From Lingula anatina (Eukaryota > Animalia > Brachiopoda), in contig CM120649.1 in NCBI GenBank assembly GCA_051362555.1, positions 12,772,001 through 12,836,000 of the forward strand: DNA of 64,000 nt. Direction: 5' to 3'. The first letter of the stretch is position 1; each line of letters starts with the position of its first letter. Made by a program: the position numbers and the translations under genes. Shown one piece after another: positions 49,776 through 61,554 of the stretch. Under the pieces are notes generated by a model that did no database searches, was not told the origin of the DNA, and worked only from the letters and a program-made list of their open reading frames with translations.

Positions 49776-51764
49776 CGAAAAAAGAACTGTCGTCTCTGCT
49801 GCAATCGAAAGAGCAGCTGATTGTTTTAGATTAATAATTAAAAGGGTGTGGAATGAATAGATGCACTTTTGTGAATGTACAATAGTTTTCATAATAAATA
49901 CTTTTCCACATAGAATATCTATATTATTAATCTTCTGTAACATGCCTTTCTTAGAAACGAACCCGAGCGCCTATGCCACAAAGATATCCCCTTTCATGAA
50001 TGAATTTTTAAATTCTGTATAAATTTGAATCAATTTAATTTATGCTGTAAGTTTTAATGCTTTTAAAATACCCGGAATCTGAATGCAATCACTTCATCAA
50101 CAAGGCATGGGATTGGGTTAATGAGGTTAGTCATCCAGCAGAATAAAAATGAGAAGTATAAATAAAAGGTTGAGGCCACAACGTCGGTCAGTTGCTAAAT
50201 GTAAGTTTTAGTATTAGAATAATTTATATTTATCAATACATGGGATTGAAATAAAGACCGCAGTTAAATTATTTGAGTTCTTTGTTTTAGCGGTCAGCCT
50301 GCTGGACTTCTTTATTAACCCCGGTTCTGATTGTCTATGAAGATACTCCATATACCAGGGAATTTACCCTTACTGTGTAGTTGGTTTGTTTTATAAGTAT
50401 TTTATAAATAAAGTATTTTATAAATTCAAATCAATACAAGCACTTCATCAACAAGGCATGGGGTTGGGTTAATGAGGTTAGTCATCCAGCAGAATAAAAA
50501 TGAGAAGTATGAATAAAAGGTTGAGACCGCAACGTCGGTCAGTTGCTAAATGTTAGTTTCACTATTATAATAATTTATATTTATCAATACACGAGATTTA
50601 AAAAAAGATCATTTGCGTTGAAATGAAGTCTCATACCTTGAATATATTTATCAAGCTACTTCAAACAAAATCAAGTCTCTGAAACACAATCTGTAAATTA
50701 ACTTAAAATCAAGAAAGAATAAATCCACTTTATATTATAAAACTAGCCGAGATATGAATTGCAAATACTGAAATTTGCATAAAACATTGTTTCTTACAAA
50801 ATAAGGTATGGACACATTAATACTTTTTTCTTTCAGAAAACGTCTTTTTCCGATACGACACAAAGACTGATTAATATGAAAAAAGGAGCGTACATTTCTA
50901 TGGTGAAAAACACAAAAATCACCCAGAACTCACCCCTGTATACCGCCATTCCTTTCGTTTATACAAATAAGCGATAAATTAACCATCTTTCATAAATTAT
51001 TTCAAAATGACGACCAAGCAGGTTTACAGAGACGTTCTCAATCTTTTTTTAAAACATATCGCGTAATGAAAATGATCATTCATATCCAAACTGCAGACTG
51101 GTTTGGGCTTTTTTTGTCAAAATGGCCGCCAATTTGTCTTACATACAATGTCTCTTCTTATCCTAAAGTCGTTTTTTGTCCAAGTTACGCATTTTTCCTA
51201 CATCTGTATGCTTATTCTGTTCTCCGTAATGTCGTCTTCATTATGATCTCATTGTTTAAAAAATAGTGCTTGGGGAAAATGGATGTATAGCCCCTAAGTT
51301 AAGAGCACGCGTGGGTATGCTGGTATACGAAGTACATACAGAGGTAGTTTAATATGACCATGTCGAATTTATGTAGAACATAACAAACGGAAACTTTTTA
51401 TTTACTAAAGAAAAACAAAGATAAATGATTTTGATTTAGATTGTGATGTATTCATTAAGATATGACTTTACTTGGATTAAAAAATTCGCAACAGACAGAC
51501 TTTCAGCAACGAAAATACCCTGTTGGTCGAAGTGCAGATTAGAGAAGTAATATGGATAAAAGTACACGAAAAGTCCGAAGCCTAAATCTCTAGTCACGAA
51601 CAAGGCAGAAATTATTCAATTTATTAATGGTTGTATGACCATCTTTAGTTAAATTAGACAAAAATGCTCTCTATCGTCGTAATGATTAAGCATTCTGTTT
51701 GTAGAGTAACACAGAATTTTAGCGAAATATTCTTTACAAAGCGTTTGGATGCCGTGTTTTGAAC

Positions 51765-51798
51765 CTAAGATCTAATATACCTGTTTATTAGATCTTAG
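51765..51798. mobile_element. 34-bp hairpin insertion with 7-bp TSD
   Basis: tttgaac|CTAAGATCTAATA-8nt-TATTAGATCTTAG|tttgaac; empty site near 33624-33636. Confidence 0.7.
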
Positions 51799-52061
51799 TT
51801 TGAACGTATGGACATCATTAATAGAAGGTGAAACTGCACATAACTGGAAAAAATCCCAAATGTGCCCAGTATTCGTTTTATGCTGCAGTATGCCTGATTC
51901 ACGTCCTTGTTACCTTTAAAGGTTTTTTTTACGAAACGAAAGACTACTAAGTAATCATTAAAAATCTAAATAATTAAGGCATATGATGCCGATTCTGTTG
52001 CTCTGCTTTGAGCGCTGAAGATAAAAGCATGTCGAAACAAAATAGGTGTGAAACGAAATTA

Positions 52062-52067
52062 TTTATT
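52062..52067 (-). terminator. Conserved AATAAA downstream of TRIM genes (also 35072, 38808, 42890, 60602)
   Basis: Same ttatttatttgtaa motif about 380-470 nt after the stop in copies 2-5 and at the homologous place in copy 6. Confidence 0.55.
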
Positions 52068-52446
52068 TGTAAAATTTAAGAAAACGTGCAACAGATAATA
52101 CCCCCGGTACATTTGACATGATAAGAGAAGAATCACATTGCGTATTACATATTCCGTTCAAATAAACATCCTAACCAAAATCAGATCTCAAATATAGACT
52201 TATAACTTCATAATGAATGGAATTTAAGTTCACGTACAGGTATAAAATAATGTCACCCCCCCCCCCCCCCCATATTTTCTTATGCTACATGTAATTTTTC
52301 CAACTCTATTTTTCTTTCAATATGTCTGTCATAATAAAACAGCTTGTCTGTTTGGCCCCAATCAACGATTTTCACGTAGTGCACCTGAAACAGTTCACTT
52401 TTTGAGTTGTCGCCTAGTAACGTTTCACATACCACTTAACTTGTAC

Positions 52447-54294
52447 TTAATGTACATAGCGAAATGTTTTCACCTTGCCTCCAAACTCCCCCACTACAAG
52501 CTGTTCTTTGTTATCAATGGTCACTCCCCATGGTATTGAAACCTGTTGTGGACCCACCACGTATCTCAACAGTTGACCATCTGAGGTCAGAACAACCACC
52601 CTTTTATTTCCCTGGTCAGCAATGAAGATGTGCCCCACGCTGTCTGTACACACTCCCCTAGGGTTCTTGAGGTATCTATCACCTAAGCCTTTCTCACCTG
52701 GTGTACCATACTGGAACACTACATCACCTTGGGGGGTCACTCCATATACACAGTGTTCAAGACAGTCACTCACCACAATGGTGTCACGACATGGGAGCAC
52801 TGCAATGTATTGTGGGGCTGTACACATAGGAACACTGATCTTATTGATAAGATTGTACTGCACAGCGTCATACACACAGATACATTTATTATGTTGGCCA
52901 CAGACAAGTATGTGTCCATTGTTATCCACTGTAACACCCCAGGGGTAAGCCATGTCACCCTGACCAAATGTTTTGACAAGTTCCCCGGATGAGGAATACA
53001 CTCGGCATCCGTGATCACATGTAACCACCAGTCTGTCATCACTGAGCACGGTGACACCCCTGGGCCCTGGTATGTCAACCTCAAATTTCACCTTATGAGA
53101 TGGTGATATTGCCTGGAGTTTTTTCGATTCGTTAGAAACTAAATATATCGTCCCACTTTGACTGCATGATATGTCCCATAAATATCCAATGCTGCTATCA
53201 CACTCATACACCAAAGATGCAGCATCCAGCCATTCTAACTTCTTCACGCGACCAAAAAAGTCCGCTGGAAGTTTTTCTTTATTAAAAGTGATCTTAGTTG
53301 TTCTTTCCGGTACTGAAGGTTTAACACTATTCAGTTCTTTCATCCTAGCTTGGATATTTTTTGCGTGTGTCATCACCTCCGTGAGGGAGCCATGTTGGAC
53401 AAGCTGTTTGGCGAACTCGCATGTACTTTGTATGAATACCCTCTGTAGTTGAATGCGGTCTTTTTCAGCCTCGAGGGATTTTAAACGAGCTTCAGTGAGG
53501 GCTTCTGCTTTTGCTATCAACTGATCAGAAATTCGCTGAACTTCTTTTGTTATGTACGCCCCTTGTTGTTGTATGTCTGTCACTGTCTTTTTTTTAACGT
53601 CAGTTGCATCTTTCTGTTGTTTGGATATTTCCGACTCTGCATTTTCAAACAGTGAAATGTTCTTAGATAGATCATGAAATGCACTTTGTATTTTCGCTTT
53701 ATGCGTTTCTGCTATATCTGCAATGTCTACACAATTGTGTTTGTTGTGTTTGGTGAGAATACAGTCACGACACACAACAACATCGTCATCTGTGCAATAA
53801 AATTTCAACCTTTCTTCTTTATGCTTATCGCAAAATGGTGTTACGTCCTTTTCTTCCTGGACTTGCTTACCAAGTTCAAACACTGAAATCATCTTGTGTC
53901 CTTGTAGAAATTTTATTGTGTCATGCTGTTTTTGTCGACAGTTCTCACAGAAAAAATGTTTGCAATTTTGACAGTAATATTGAGCAACTTGTGAGTGACA
54001 GTTTCCACACATTTTGTCTTTGCTTTCTGATGTCAACATGGAGCCCTTCACCTTGGACAAGAAGAAGTTACGGACAAGTTTCTCCAGTCCACCTGGTGGA
54101 ACAGGCGCCTCTTGGCGGCACACTGGACACGTGATGTTGCGTCCTGTCCCACTCGCTGCCACGTGCTTGGCAAGACAAGCCAGGCAGAAAGTATGATAGC
54201 ATGGGAGGACACGCGGGTCTTCATACTCGTGAAGACAGATGTGACACGTTAGAAAATTGTCACTGAAGCCTTCGTAGAACTTCTTTGATGCCAT
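52447..54294 (-). CDS. TRIM-NHL E3 ubiquitin ligase copy 5, intact
   Basis: 615-aa uninterrupted ORF, RING-BB1-BB2-CC-NHL. Confidence 0.94.
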   Translation of the reverse strand: MASKKFYEGFSDNFLTCHICLHEYEDPRVLPCYHTFCLACLAKHVAASGTGRNITCPVCRQEAPVPPGGLEKLVRNFFLSKVKGSMLTSESKDKMCGNCHSQVAQYYCQNCKHFFCENCRQKQHDTIKFLQGHKMISVFELGKQVQEEKDVTPFCDKHKEERLKFYCTDDDVVVCRDCILTKHNKHNCVDIADIAETHKAKIQSAFHDLSKNISLFENAESEISKQQKDATDVKKKTVTDIQQQGAYITKEVQRISDQLIAKAEALTEARLKSLEAEKDRIQLQRVFIQSTCEFAKQLVQHGSLTEVMTHAKNIQARMKELNSVKPSVPERTTKITFNKEKLPADFFGRVKKLEWLDAASLVYECDSSIGYLWDISCSQSGTIYLVSNESKKLQAISPSHKVKFEVDIPGPRGVTVLSDDRLVVTCDHGCRVYSSSGELVKTFGQGDMAYPWGVTVDNNGHILVCGQHNKCICVYDAVQYNLINKISVPMCTAPQYIAVLPCRDTIVVSDCLEHCVYGVTPQGDVVFQYGTPGEKGLGDRYLKNPRGVCTDSVGHIFIADQGNKRVVVLTSDGQLLRYVVGPQQVSIPWGVTIDNKEQLVVGEFGGKVKTFRYVH

Positions 54295-54384
54295 GACTCT
54301 AAGTTCAATTAGGTTTACACACAGCCAAAAGGCTGTACAAGAAGTCTCGTCACATCATGGTGTCGCGTTTTCGTGGCATTTTCT

Positions 54385-54443
54385 GTCTGACTGGACAGAG
54401 TAACACTGTTTCTTGTAATATACATGAACATCAGACCACGTCA
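54385..54443 (-). promoter_or_regulatory. Proximal promoter of TRIM copy 5
   Basis: Minus strand: TGACGTGG (54436-54443), weak TATATTA (~54416-54422), CCAGTC downstream. Confidence 0.5.
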
Positions 54444-55571
54444 TCTGACTGATAATATCCTCTGCCAAGGACGGTGAGGGTTGCAAGGGTAAACTACGCA
54501 CTGATGTCCGTTAAACCACTTTTCAATGGTATTGAATTTAGATCAACCCAGAACGGAGTCAGTCAACATTTTAAATGGGAGTCTGTTTGATTGGGAAATT
54601 TGCTTCCTAAATCATTTGTCTAGAAAATGAGGAATCGTTTTGTGGAATTTCAGCCATCTCGCAGTACTTTGTTACAGTCAGCAACTAAACATTTCTCAGC
54701 AAAACAAATCCTAATTTATAGAGGATCTCGTGCATCTTTTATTCTTTTGAGAATACCGTGTTCTTAATTGTATCGTGATCGTATTACCAACAACTATTAA
54801 AATCCAGGATTAACTATAAATCTAGTTCCAGTTTAAAAAGCTTCTTATTTACCGTATTATCCTATCGCCACCCTCCCTAGACCCATGGTTTGTTACAGAA
54901 TCACCTGATTTTATTAAATATTAACGTGTCCATGATTTATACCTGATAAGAGACATTATTTGATATAGGCAAGTGCAGCGCAGTTAAATTATTTGAGTTC
55001 TTTGTTTTAGGGCTCCGTCTGCTGTTCAGACAACCCTTCCCCTGACAACGTGTTCCTGGCTGTTTCGGTACGGTGTAGGTAGTTTTCCTTATCAACTTTA
55101 GATCTTTATACGTGTAACAATCGCACACGCGGAGGCACCCACACATGGTTTGATAAAGAAGTCCTGTTCATATATCTTTATCTTCATAACTTTCTATTTT
55201 CTCCCAGTAAAATTAGTAAGATAAAGACTGTTTTCGCGTCTCCCAACCTTGCAGACGTCATATATATAGTAATAGCAGGAGCAGCCGAAGTCTCATTTTC
55301 ACGTTTTTCCCAAACTACAACGATCTGTTGACAACTAACAGTGAAAGCAATACCTTACGGCAGTGGGAAGATAGTGGCCGTCGTTTGAATTTGATTGTAA
55401 CTGTTAAAATATATATTTTGAGGGCATTTTTGAGCATGTGTGACAGGTATCATATATTGCCAATAACACTACATCAGATAGCAAGATTTGCTAGCCCAGT
55501 GGTAACGTCTTTGGCTGCCAAACAGAAACAGTGGTTTCGATTCCCACTGAGTCCTGTTTGTTTAAATTTAT

Positions 55572-56419
55572 TATTATTAGGATTCCCCATAGGGGAATAC
55601 TATTGTTTTTGGTATTATTATTCTTTCCGCGCGTTTTTTTTTTTTTTTTTTTTTGCAAAAAATCTGAAATAATTATCATAGGTAGCCTATGGTAAGAGAA
55701 TGCCACAGACCCAGTTTCAGTGACATTGACTTACTTTTCAAGGTCACAGGGGCTTTTAAAGACAAAATTTGTAAAATTTGAAATTGCCTTTATGCATGAA
55801 GTATAAGCCATATGGCTAATGGATAATGATACTGAGCTAAATTCCCAGATATTGACCCACTTTAATGCAAGTAGGTCAAGGTCAAGGTCGCTAATGGCTA
55901 AACCGGCTCAAAACAGGTTTGTTTCCGAGATCTCAAAAACCGGAAGGCTCAGAGCCGTGATCTAAGTAGCATATGATGCCTTATATATTTATCTAATGTT
56001 AGCCGTACTTTCGTAGCGACTGCTTAATAACTTTTTTAAATATAGATTTTTAAATATTTATAACATTGCGGAATTCGTGACTTCGGAAATTTCTCCATGA
56101 AATACTGGTTTTTGGTCATAGCATGCTATAGTAAACTACCCCAAACATGTACCCAAAACCGCCAAATCAAATGTCAAATTTGACCTTGACCCTCATTTTC
56201 AAGGTCATTTGGCTATTTCATGGAGAAGTATTGACGTGGGCTAAAAGTGATGTTTTGTTGACCCTCCCCCCTCAATTCGCACATGCTCTTTCAGAATATG
56301 GGGTCAAATTTAACCCGTGACCTTCCCATGACCTTGTAAATGCCCATTGCCTTCAAGTTCAAAGGTCATTTGCGGGGGAATCCTTCGCCACTGGCTGAAG
56401 AGCCAGTCGCAGTCTAGTT
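55572..56419 (+). mobile_element. Non-autonomous Helentron/HINE-like element
   Basis: Subterminal IRs GGATTCCCC (5') and GGGGAATCC (3'), 3' hairpin ACTGGCT-gaag-AGCCAGT then CTAGTT, internal tgacctt/aaggtca repeats, T-rich site. Confidence 0.75.
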
Positions 56420-57179
56420 AATATTATTATTATAAATATACATTACTGAAGGCAGAGTAGGGAAGTTGGTATTGAAAATGCACAAAATCTTTGAATCAGG
56501 GCGAGTGTGGAAATAAGACGTTTACACAAAATATAATATTAAAAGAGATTCTATAAATCGTGTATACTAATCTCTTATCATATCCAATGATTGATGTAAT
56601 GGGTATCAGCTAGTCCATGGACGTTACATCAAGGTGGTGTGTTTTCATCTTCCAAGTGGCTTTCTAATAATAAAGTATAATGAACTAAAATATCATCGAC
56701 TTCCCTATAGATTACATCCCATGACGCAATGTCATGCATTTGCTCTTACAAGCAGCGTTTCGATTTTATTAAAATGTCGCAAAAGTACACTGTGCCAAAA
56801 TTGAGGACTGTACGATCGTCAAAAACTTTTATCCCATGGGCTTTATCAAATTTAAAGAACTGAGGTTTTTATGAATTTTTAATGTGTATCGAATCATTTG
56901 AACACTTACAAGTATATTTTAAGATTGTGCATCTCACGACTATTTGTTTTTATTGTAAAATCCAACTTTTTAAGTTGCAAATAAATACATATTATTATTA
57001 TTTTAAAAAAAAACCATGTAGTTCAATGAGCGAAAGAGATATTCCGATGTCATTTTCCTCCTTCCTTATTCTCGTAATTACGTTAAAGCATCACCATGAA
57101 GATTCTTATTTGCATTCAAGTACATGTATAATATCCAACTGATGGTATCACGTTAATTTTTTTTAATTGCGATGATTTA

Positions 57180-59010
57180 GTTTGTATTCTTATTTCAACA
57201 CATTCTAGATTGATCTTGCACTAACTGTACACTTGGGCGTACGTGGCAATACACCTCACTCGTCCTGATAGACGGAGTCACCTGAGCTGTACGCCGCACC
57301 ACGAGGCACTTGTTACAAGAGATAACAAAAATGGACCAGTTTATTAACCCCGGCGCTGACATCGTGTTTCAAGTTGCTCTATATTCACCCCGACTCTCTA
57401 ATAACAACTTTTTCAAGGACATGTTGTTTACTGCTCAATACCAGAACAGGACGTCGCCAATGATTAAGCTGTTATTACCTTCCCTCCCACAGATAACTAA
57501 CAGCTAATTTCAAGGGATTTTGGAACTTTCCAAATACCTTCAAACTAGTCTCTTTCATGCATGCAGTGCTTTTATATAACAAGATACAAAACATGAAAAA
57601 TATCAAATAGGTAAAAAGTTCAAAGTGAAAAATAAACACTGATAATTACCACCTGGATAATTGAGGAACTTTTCCTTTATCGTTCAAGTAAATATCACGG
57701 AAAATGACTGGAATTAATAAGAAAATAAACTGTATAGAGAGGATGGCGTTAAATGTGTGACTTAAATCCTGCAGTAACTGTACACTTAGGTGTACGTGAG
57801 AACACGCATCATTCGTCCTGATAGCCAGAGTCACCTGAGATGTACGCCCCACAACGAGGCACTTGTTACAAGAGATAGCAGAACTGGGCTAGTTTAGTAA
57901 CCCAGGCGCTGATTGTCTGTGAAGTAATTCTATAAAGGCACTCTGATAACATTTTGGTTTTTGCTCAATACTAGGATAGGAGAGTGTCAATAACTAGGCA
58001 GTTATTAACTTCCTCGCATGACACTACCAACTTACATGGGTTTTGTTATTTTTCAAATATTTTCAAACGATTTTCTTCAGTAAACACAATGGGCTTAAAA
58101 CTTTTCTATTACAAAATACAAAAAAAAGTAAATATCAAATAAATAAAAGGCTCAAGGTGAAAATTCACCACCTGGAATTTTACCACCTGGAATTTTAATT
58201 TATCGTCAAGGTAAAATATTATGGAAAGTGGCTGGAAATTAACAAGAAAATAAATTGTATAAAGGGGGTGGTGTTAACTGTGTGCCTTAAAACCTGCACT
58301 AACTGTACACTTGGGCGTACTTGAGAACACACCTCACTCATCCTGATAGCCGGAGTGACAAGGCACGAATAGCAGGAGATAGCAGAACTGGGCTAGTTTA
58401 TTAACCCGGGCACTGATCATTGTCTGTGAAGTTATTCTATATAGGCTCTCTGATAACATTTTGTTCAGGGACATGTTGTTAACTGCTCAATAGGATAGGA
58501 AAGTGTAAATTATTAAAAGCAGTTATTACTTTCCCCGGCCGCCACTTCCAATTTACACGGGTTTTGGTATTTTTCAAATATTTTCAAACGATTCTCTTCA
58601 ATGCACAATTTGCGCATAAAACTTGTATATGAAAAAAATACCCCCCCCCCCAATAAATAAATAAATAAAAATGAATAAATAAAAGGCTCAAGGTGAAAAA
58701 TAAGTGTCGGTGCTTACTACCAGGAATTTTAAGGAACTTTTCATCAATCGTCAAGGTAAAATATTATGGAAAGTGGCTGGATTTAACAAGAAAACAAATT
58801 GTATAAAGGGGATGGTGTTTAATGTATATCTTAAAACATGCACCAACTTGTACAGAAGAGGGCGTATATGAGAACACACCTCACTCGTCCTGATAGCTGG
58901 AATCACCTGAAATGTACGCCGCACAACGAGGCACTTGTTACAAGAGATAACAGAACTGGACTTGTTTGTTAACCCCAGTTCTGATTGTCTATGGAGATAC
59001 TCTATATACC
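57180..59010. repeat. Paralogous tandem array of four ~520-bp units
   Basis: Cores start at about 57217, 57770, 58295, 58839; unit 3 has the same internal deletion as unit 3 of the first array. Confidence 0.85.
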
Positions 59011-59629
59011 AGGGTATTTACCCTTACTGTGCAGTTGGTTTGTTTTATAATTTTAAACTTGTAAGCATGTAGGCCCTATGTGGATTTTATTTGAGTTATG
59101 TGATAAAACGGTACAAATATATAGTCATTTGTGTGCGATACAGGAGATGTACACGTTTGGAATCTCACTTGTTATTTATTTTAAAATAATACAACCTGAC
59201 CACCTGCAGGGAGGACTTACAAAAATTGCCCTGGTGATGAGGCTTATGGGGTTTTTAAAAAGGTGTTCGTTCCTGCTGTGAATATGTCTTATCCTGTGCA
59301 AAAGAACAGAATGAAAACCGTATCATGTCTACAGAGTTACATACCAACTCCTGTCTAATTCTTTGATAGTAACAAAAAGAGATGATTTCAAACATCAAAA
59401 TGCAATGATTACCCCATCGACAGACTGGCTCCAATCCACGCATATAAATTGTTATCAAATTCTTAACATTGATCCTCTAAATATTATAATGGGACTTTTA
59501 AAACTATATATTTAGTATCCACACAGCACACCCCACCCCTCGTTGGAACGATATTATGAAGGTTACTGAATGCCTTATATGCTCCACTGCATGCTTTTAT
59601 CTGAAAAGTTTCCCCATGTTTGACAAAAG

Positions 59630-59645
59630 AAGCGCCATCTGGAGG
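59630..59645 (-). promoter_or_regulatory. CTCF-like motif
   Basis: CCTCCAGATGGCGCTT in the paralogous block. Confidence 0.45.
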
Positions 59646-60056
59646 CGAAAAAAGAACTGTCGTCTCTGCTGCAATCGAAAGAGCACCTGATTGTTTTAGA
59701 TTAATTATTAAAAGGGTGTGGAATGAATAGATGCACTTTTGTGAATGTACAATAGTTTTTATAATAAATATTTTTCCAGGTAGAATATCTATATTATTAA
59801 TCTTCTGTAACATGCCTTTCTTTGAAACGAACCCGAGCGCCTATGCCACAAAGATATTCCCTTTCATGAATGAATTTTTAAATTCTTTATGCTATAAGTT
59901 TAAATGCTTTTAAAATACCCTGAATATGAATGCAATCACTTCATCAACAACGTATGGGATTGGGTTAATGCTGTTAGTCATCCAGCAGAATAAAAATGAG
60001 AAGTATGAATAAAAGGTTGAGACCGCAACGTCGGTCAGTTGCTAAATGTAAGTTTT

Positions 60057-60240
60057 AGGCCGCATTCACATCGAGTTGAGCTATGGCTCTTCAAAGCCAC
60101 GACCTAAATATGGCGGACGTACATGACAGGAAAACCGTCTAATCTTTTAATAGTCTCTCCGCCTCTCACACGCCTCCCCATGTGACGTCCCAATGGAGCC
60201 GAGATTTAATGTCTATACCCCCGCAGGGACTACGCATGGT
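60057..60240. mobile_element. Truncated, diverged relative of the 60885 MITE
   Basis: Shares atggcggacgtacatga, ctaatctttta.tagtctctccgcct, ggagccgagatttaat. Confidence 0.7.
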
Positions 60241-60308
60241 GATGCAGTATGCCTGATTCGCGTCCTTGTTACCTTTAAAGTTTTTTTTTTTACGAAAGGA
60301 AAGACTAC

Positions 60309-60476
60309 CAGGGGCGGATTTAGGCCGTCTTCTGGGTCTTCCGGAAGACGGTCAGATTTTCTAGTTTACATTGAAGGGTATCTAATTTTTTCTGTCGGAA
60401 GACGGTCAAAAATGGAAAATGGATAACCAAATATAATATGGAAGACTGTCAGGAAATATTTCTGGATCCGCCCCTG
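60309..60476. mobile_element. hAT-like MITE
   Basis: TIR CAGGGGCGGAT/ATCCGCCCCTG; absent at paralogous sites near 51945 and 33760; TSD imperfect. Confidence 0.8.
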
Positions 60477-60884
60477 AGTAGTCTACTAAGTAATCATTAA
60501 AAAATCTAAACACTTAACGCATATGATGCCGATTCTGTTGCGCTGCTTTGAACGCTGAAGATAAAAGCATGTCAAAACAAAATAGATGTGAAACGAAATT
60601 ATTTATTTGTAAAATTGAAGAAAACGCGCAAGAGATATTTCCCCCGGTACATTTGACGTAATAAAGGAAGAATCGCAATGCGTATTACATGATCCGTTCC
60701 AATAAATATCTGAACCAAAATCAGGGCTCAAATATAGACTTGTAACTTGTCTATACATTAGTTAAACTTGGTAATGAATGGATTTTAAGTCCACATACAA
60801 AAATGATTTCAAATCCCCCTATATTTTCGTATGCTACATATATTTTTTTTCCATCCCTGTTTTTCTTTCAATATGTCTGTCATA

Positions 60885-61438
60885 GAGCGGATTCTCAACG
60901 AATTGAGCCAGGCTTTACAAAGCCGGTGACCTAAAAATGGCGGACGTACATGAAAGAAAACCGCCTAATCTTTTATTAGTCTCTCCGCCTCCCCACACGT
61001 CGTCCCTGCGGGATACAGTAATTAAATCTCGGCTCCGTTCGCCATGCGGAAGCTACCTGAGAAATATTAAGTGCGCATGCTCATCAGTTAAACTCGTGGT
61101 GAAGAAAGCATGGCGGCTGAAGGCGTTCGAAGGAAAAAAGCTCTTCTGTTTTATTATCTGTCAAAACAGAGACGAAAAGGGAATGAATTGGCCCGTAGAG
61201 CAGCAACGAATCGACTATCTACGGAGATAATATCACCAGAGATATTCACAGAACTACCCAGCCCCAGTAAACGTAGTTGGAGGTTGGAGCCGAGATTTAA
61301 TTACTGTACCCCGCAGGGACGACGTGTGGGGAGGCGGAGAGACTATTAAAAGATTAGGCGGTTTTTCTTTCATGTACGTCCGCCATTTTTAGGTCACCGG
61401 CTTTGTAAAGCCTGGCTCAATTCGTTGAGAATCCGCTC
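60885..61438. mobile_element. Young Harbinger-like MITE with ~152-bp TIRs
   Basis: Arms 60885-61036 and 61286-61438 differ by 2 mismatches and 1 indel; ATA TSD; empty site ctgtcATAataaaa at ~52326 and ~35350. Confidence 0.92.
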
Positions 61439-61554
61439 ATAATAAAACAACTTGTCTTTTTGGTCCCAATCAATGATTTTCACGTAGTGCACCTGAAACA
61501 GTTCACTTCTTGAGTTGTCGCCTTGTAACGCCTCATATACTACTTAACTTGCAG

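Larger units (their letters stand above)
45260..50210. repeat. Type-B upstream block (paralog ~54300-60056)
   Basis: Shared promoter, 520-bp array and CTCF-motif block in the same order. Confidence 0.8.

Noticed and set aside
46549-58941. 100-bp core as a CRISPR array, hammerhead or twister ribozyme, or tRNA
   Set aside because: Eukaryotic DNA; spacers are homologous to each other; CTGATAG lacks the CUGANGA...GAAA core; twister pairings absent; no cloverleaf or compensatory changes seen.
60937-61349. ORFs within the 554-bp MITE as a transposase
   Set aside because: Too short, no DDE or Myb-like motifs.
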